Shown: one piece after another, positions 61,219 through 64,000 of the stretch
Position numbering within the stretch: position 1 is the first letter of the stretch
How the letters are laid out: the number at the start of each line of letters is the position of its first letter
NCBI GenBank assembly: GCA_030704615.1
Contig: CM060733.1
Coordinates: 3,224,001-3,288,000 of the forward strand
Length of the DNA: 64,000 bases
Origin: Takakia lepidozioides
Lineage: Eukaryota; Plantae; Bryophyta
Direction of reading: 5' to 3'
The notes under the pieces: model-generated
What the model was told of the DNA's origin: nothing
What the model saw: only the letters and a program-made list of their open reading frames with translations
Database searches by the model: none
Position numbers and translations under genes: made by a program

Positions 61219-64000
61219 ACTCATAAGACGTTGTTTGCCGTAGCCTTGTGGCCATTGACCCCGCGCCCAGTTTGCGCGGGAACAAAAGGGACAGAACCTA
61301 CCTCTGTCAGGGGCTGACGTTGGTAGTAAGACTTACCTCCATATAAAGAATTAATCCGGGTTTTCCAGATATCCTCTAGAAATCCCTTCACACAAGCATC
61401 AATCTGCTGTGTGTGATTTGCCCAAAAACTAGGCCTCAGGAGGGCCTGGGCTTTTGGCTCAGCCTCGAGACTTTCAAAGTTGGTAAACAGGGGTACAGGC
61501 ACAATTCCCTTAATAGATTTGAAGAGAGCGTCTCTTTGGTGAGAGAACCCCGGACAGTTATCAGAAAATGAATACTGTCTTCAGATTGCCCACACAACGG
61601 GCAATTGCACTCTCCCTTTCCTCTCTGCTTCTGTTTGCTGTTCAAAGGTAGGCTTCCTGCCCTGAGTTTAAATTTCAGTCTAGTGCCGAGAGTGGGTAGA
61701 CCCTTGAGGTCATCCAAGATGTCCTCCCCCATGTCACAGACTGGAAACAAGTTCAGGGAAGTTTTCTGCCTAACTTCATTTTCATCAGACAATCTCATGG
61801 CAACAGACATGGCTGAGGACACTACAGCCTCTAAGTCAGATTTATCCAGCAGGGTCAAGACTTGTGGATCCAGGTCCAGGTCCTTGAGGATCTCTTCTAC
61901 TCTCTTCTGCCAGGACTTAGCCTGTTTGACAGGGCGGTCCTGTTTCCAAGATATAGAGTCGATTAATTTAGGATATCTGGTGTTGGGCATATGTTGCAGC
62001 TGACCCCACCATCTGACCTTGAATTCATCTCGTCGGGAGCTTAAGGACGGAATGCCAAACTCACCCCGAACAGCCACATTGGCTGTTTTGGAGCATGCCG
62101 ACATACACTCCTTAAGCACCCCCACTTGAATGGATTCTAGAGACTTAGCCTGGTTGGAGTTATCAACCCATATAGCAGATCCGTACTCCAAGGCAGGTCT
62201 AATAACGCGACAAAGCATGGTTTTCTTAACCTCAGAGTTGACCCCTCTGCAGTGGAAAAATTTAGTGAGCCCCAGAGCTTTGCCCTTGCCAGTTTGAACA
62301 ACTTTCCGGATATGTGCATCCCTATTACAATTGGAGGAGAACTCAACGCCCAGGTAAGTGTAGGAAGGGAGGACCGGGATCTCTTGGCTACCCCACTGCC
62401 ACTTAAGATCACTTCCTCCCTCTCCTCTGTCGTTGAATGCTACCACTGCACATTTGCTGACATTAGCCTCTAGTCCCCAAAGATCGAAGTATCTCTTCGC
62501 GCAATCAATCAACTCCTGGAGATTGGTTGGAGTCTCCCCTATGCCTGCGAAGTCATCCGCAAACATAAGGGCTGGTATGGTGGTATCACCCACCCTTAAC
62601 CCAAATCCCTCACTTTCCACATCCTCGAGGAGTTGATTGATGAAAACATTGAAGAGCAGAGGGGAGAGAGTACATCCTTGAGCTACACCTTGGTCTATGT
62701 CAAAGAAGTTGGACTTCTGTCCGTTAACAGTGACACAGCTTTTGGTGTGAGCATACAAGTTGTGGACAACTCTCCACATCTTTCCCTTGATCCCACAAGA
62801 CCAGAGGCGGAACCATAGGCCATCTCTCCACACTGTGTCATAAGCATTTTTGACATCCAGGAAAAAGACATAAGTGGGTCTCCCTTCTTTTTTCCTTCCC
62901 TGGATAATCTGGCTTAGAGTGAAGATATGATCCACACAGCCCCTGTTTCGCCGAAAGCCAGCTTGGCCTTCGTGGAAACAACCTCTAGACTCCAGATCAA
63001 CCTCGAGACGAGTACTTATAACTCTGCAGAATGTCTTGCCAACAGCATTGAGGAGCGTGATGCCACGGTAGTTCCCCGGTTCTTCTCTGTCACCCTTCTT
63101 GTATAGATTACAATGACCCCCTGTCGCCAGCGAAAGGGAATCATTTCAGTCTTCCAGATAAGGTTAAAGAGGAGAACTAGGGCCTCTATCATGGGATCGC
63201 CACCGTGCTTGATAAGCTCGTTGACAATACCATCAGGTCCACCAGCTTTATATCCATTTAAATGTTCAATTGCTTCCACAATCTCAGAAGAACTAATGGG
63301 AGCATTATAAGCCATTGAAATATACTCCAGTTCATCAGGGCTGTTTTGAATCATAGGAACAGTTTTTCCAACTTTGTCCCTCCATTCAGCCGAAGACCCC
63401 TCACTGTTAGACCTAGAAGTTCTGCCAAGGATACTGTAGTGAGTTTCAAAGGTTTTGACAATGTCAACCGATGAAGTCACCACTGCACCTTTAGTAGTCT
63501 TCAGCGCTTGTACTTGCTGACCGTTTTTCGGTTTGTACAAACGTTGAAGGGCCAACCAGAATTTCTTGTCATTACCACCATGGTGGTTTGAGTTTATTTC
63601 ACTGTATAACTTGTCCCAGTATAATTTCTTCTGAGACCTAACAAGCTGATTGATATCTTTACGGAGCTGGTAGTACCTCGCCCACAATTCTCTGTTGGTT
63701 TCCAAATTGCAGCACTCTTTATAGAGGGCTCGTCTCTCAGCTATCTTGAGTTTAATCTCATTAGTCCACCAATTAACTGCTCTACCGCAGACAATTAGTT
63801 TCCTCCCAATGATCTTGTCAGTCACGGAGGAAACGAAACTCTCCCAAGAGTCCACTGCTCTTTCGACTTCATTTCTTGCGTTAACAGAGCGTGACTGAAG
63901 TTCTTGGAGCGATTGGACAAAATGAGGGAGAGCCTCTTGCAAGGCCTGGACGTACTCAGCCTTGACCTCCTCATAGTGGAATTTTTCTATGCGCCACTTC
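61219..64000 (-). mobile_element. Non-LTR retrotransposon (LINE, RTE/RTEX-like), ORF2 frameshifted, 5' part beyond the window
   Basis: KAGGPDGI, NYRGITL, QAGFR, FLDVKNAYDTV, GVAQGCTLSPLLF, MFADD, YTYLGV and C-terminal CPLC...ED..HFL. Frameshifts near 63110 and 61555. 3' UTR hairpin CCCGCGC-AAACTGG-GCGCGGG. Confidence 0.93.

Overview
Eukaryotic nuclear DNA from a land plant, most likely an early-diverging (moss-like) lineage. This is inferred from the long PLS-DYW PPR gene, a spliced DUF72 gene and an algal-looking PHD-finger Gypsy. Left end (1-7.9 kb): an internally deleted chromodomain Ty3/Gypsy element (minus strand) is nested in the RNase H region of an older plus-strand Gypsy whose integrase ends in a PHD finger. 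Next come three intron-rich genes: bystin (+, last intron is a U12-type AT-AC intron), a purple acid phosphatase (-, one GC-AG intron) and a single-Myb-histone/TRB protein (-). 26-41 kb is a TE graveyard: a foldback element built from palindromes, a hAT MITE, tRNA-derived heads and a Copia remnant. 42-64 kb holds an intronless DnaJ/DUF1977 gene (-), a rearranged mosaic of gene fragments (DUF72, DnaJ and PPR pseudocopies), an intact PPR-DYW editing factor (+), nested hAT MITEs, a decayed F-box/kelch-type gene, and the 3' six exons of a DUF72 gene (-) with a PIP-box-like tail. That gene's upstream intron appears to carry an RTE/RTEX-like LINE, whose 3' end also occurs as tiny microsatellite-flanked elements in two other introns. 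Exon boundaries were read by eye; family assignments come from motif recognition, not database searches.
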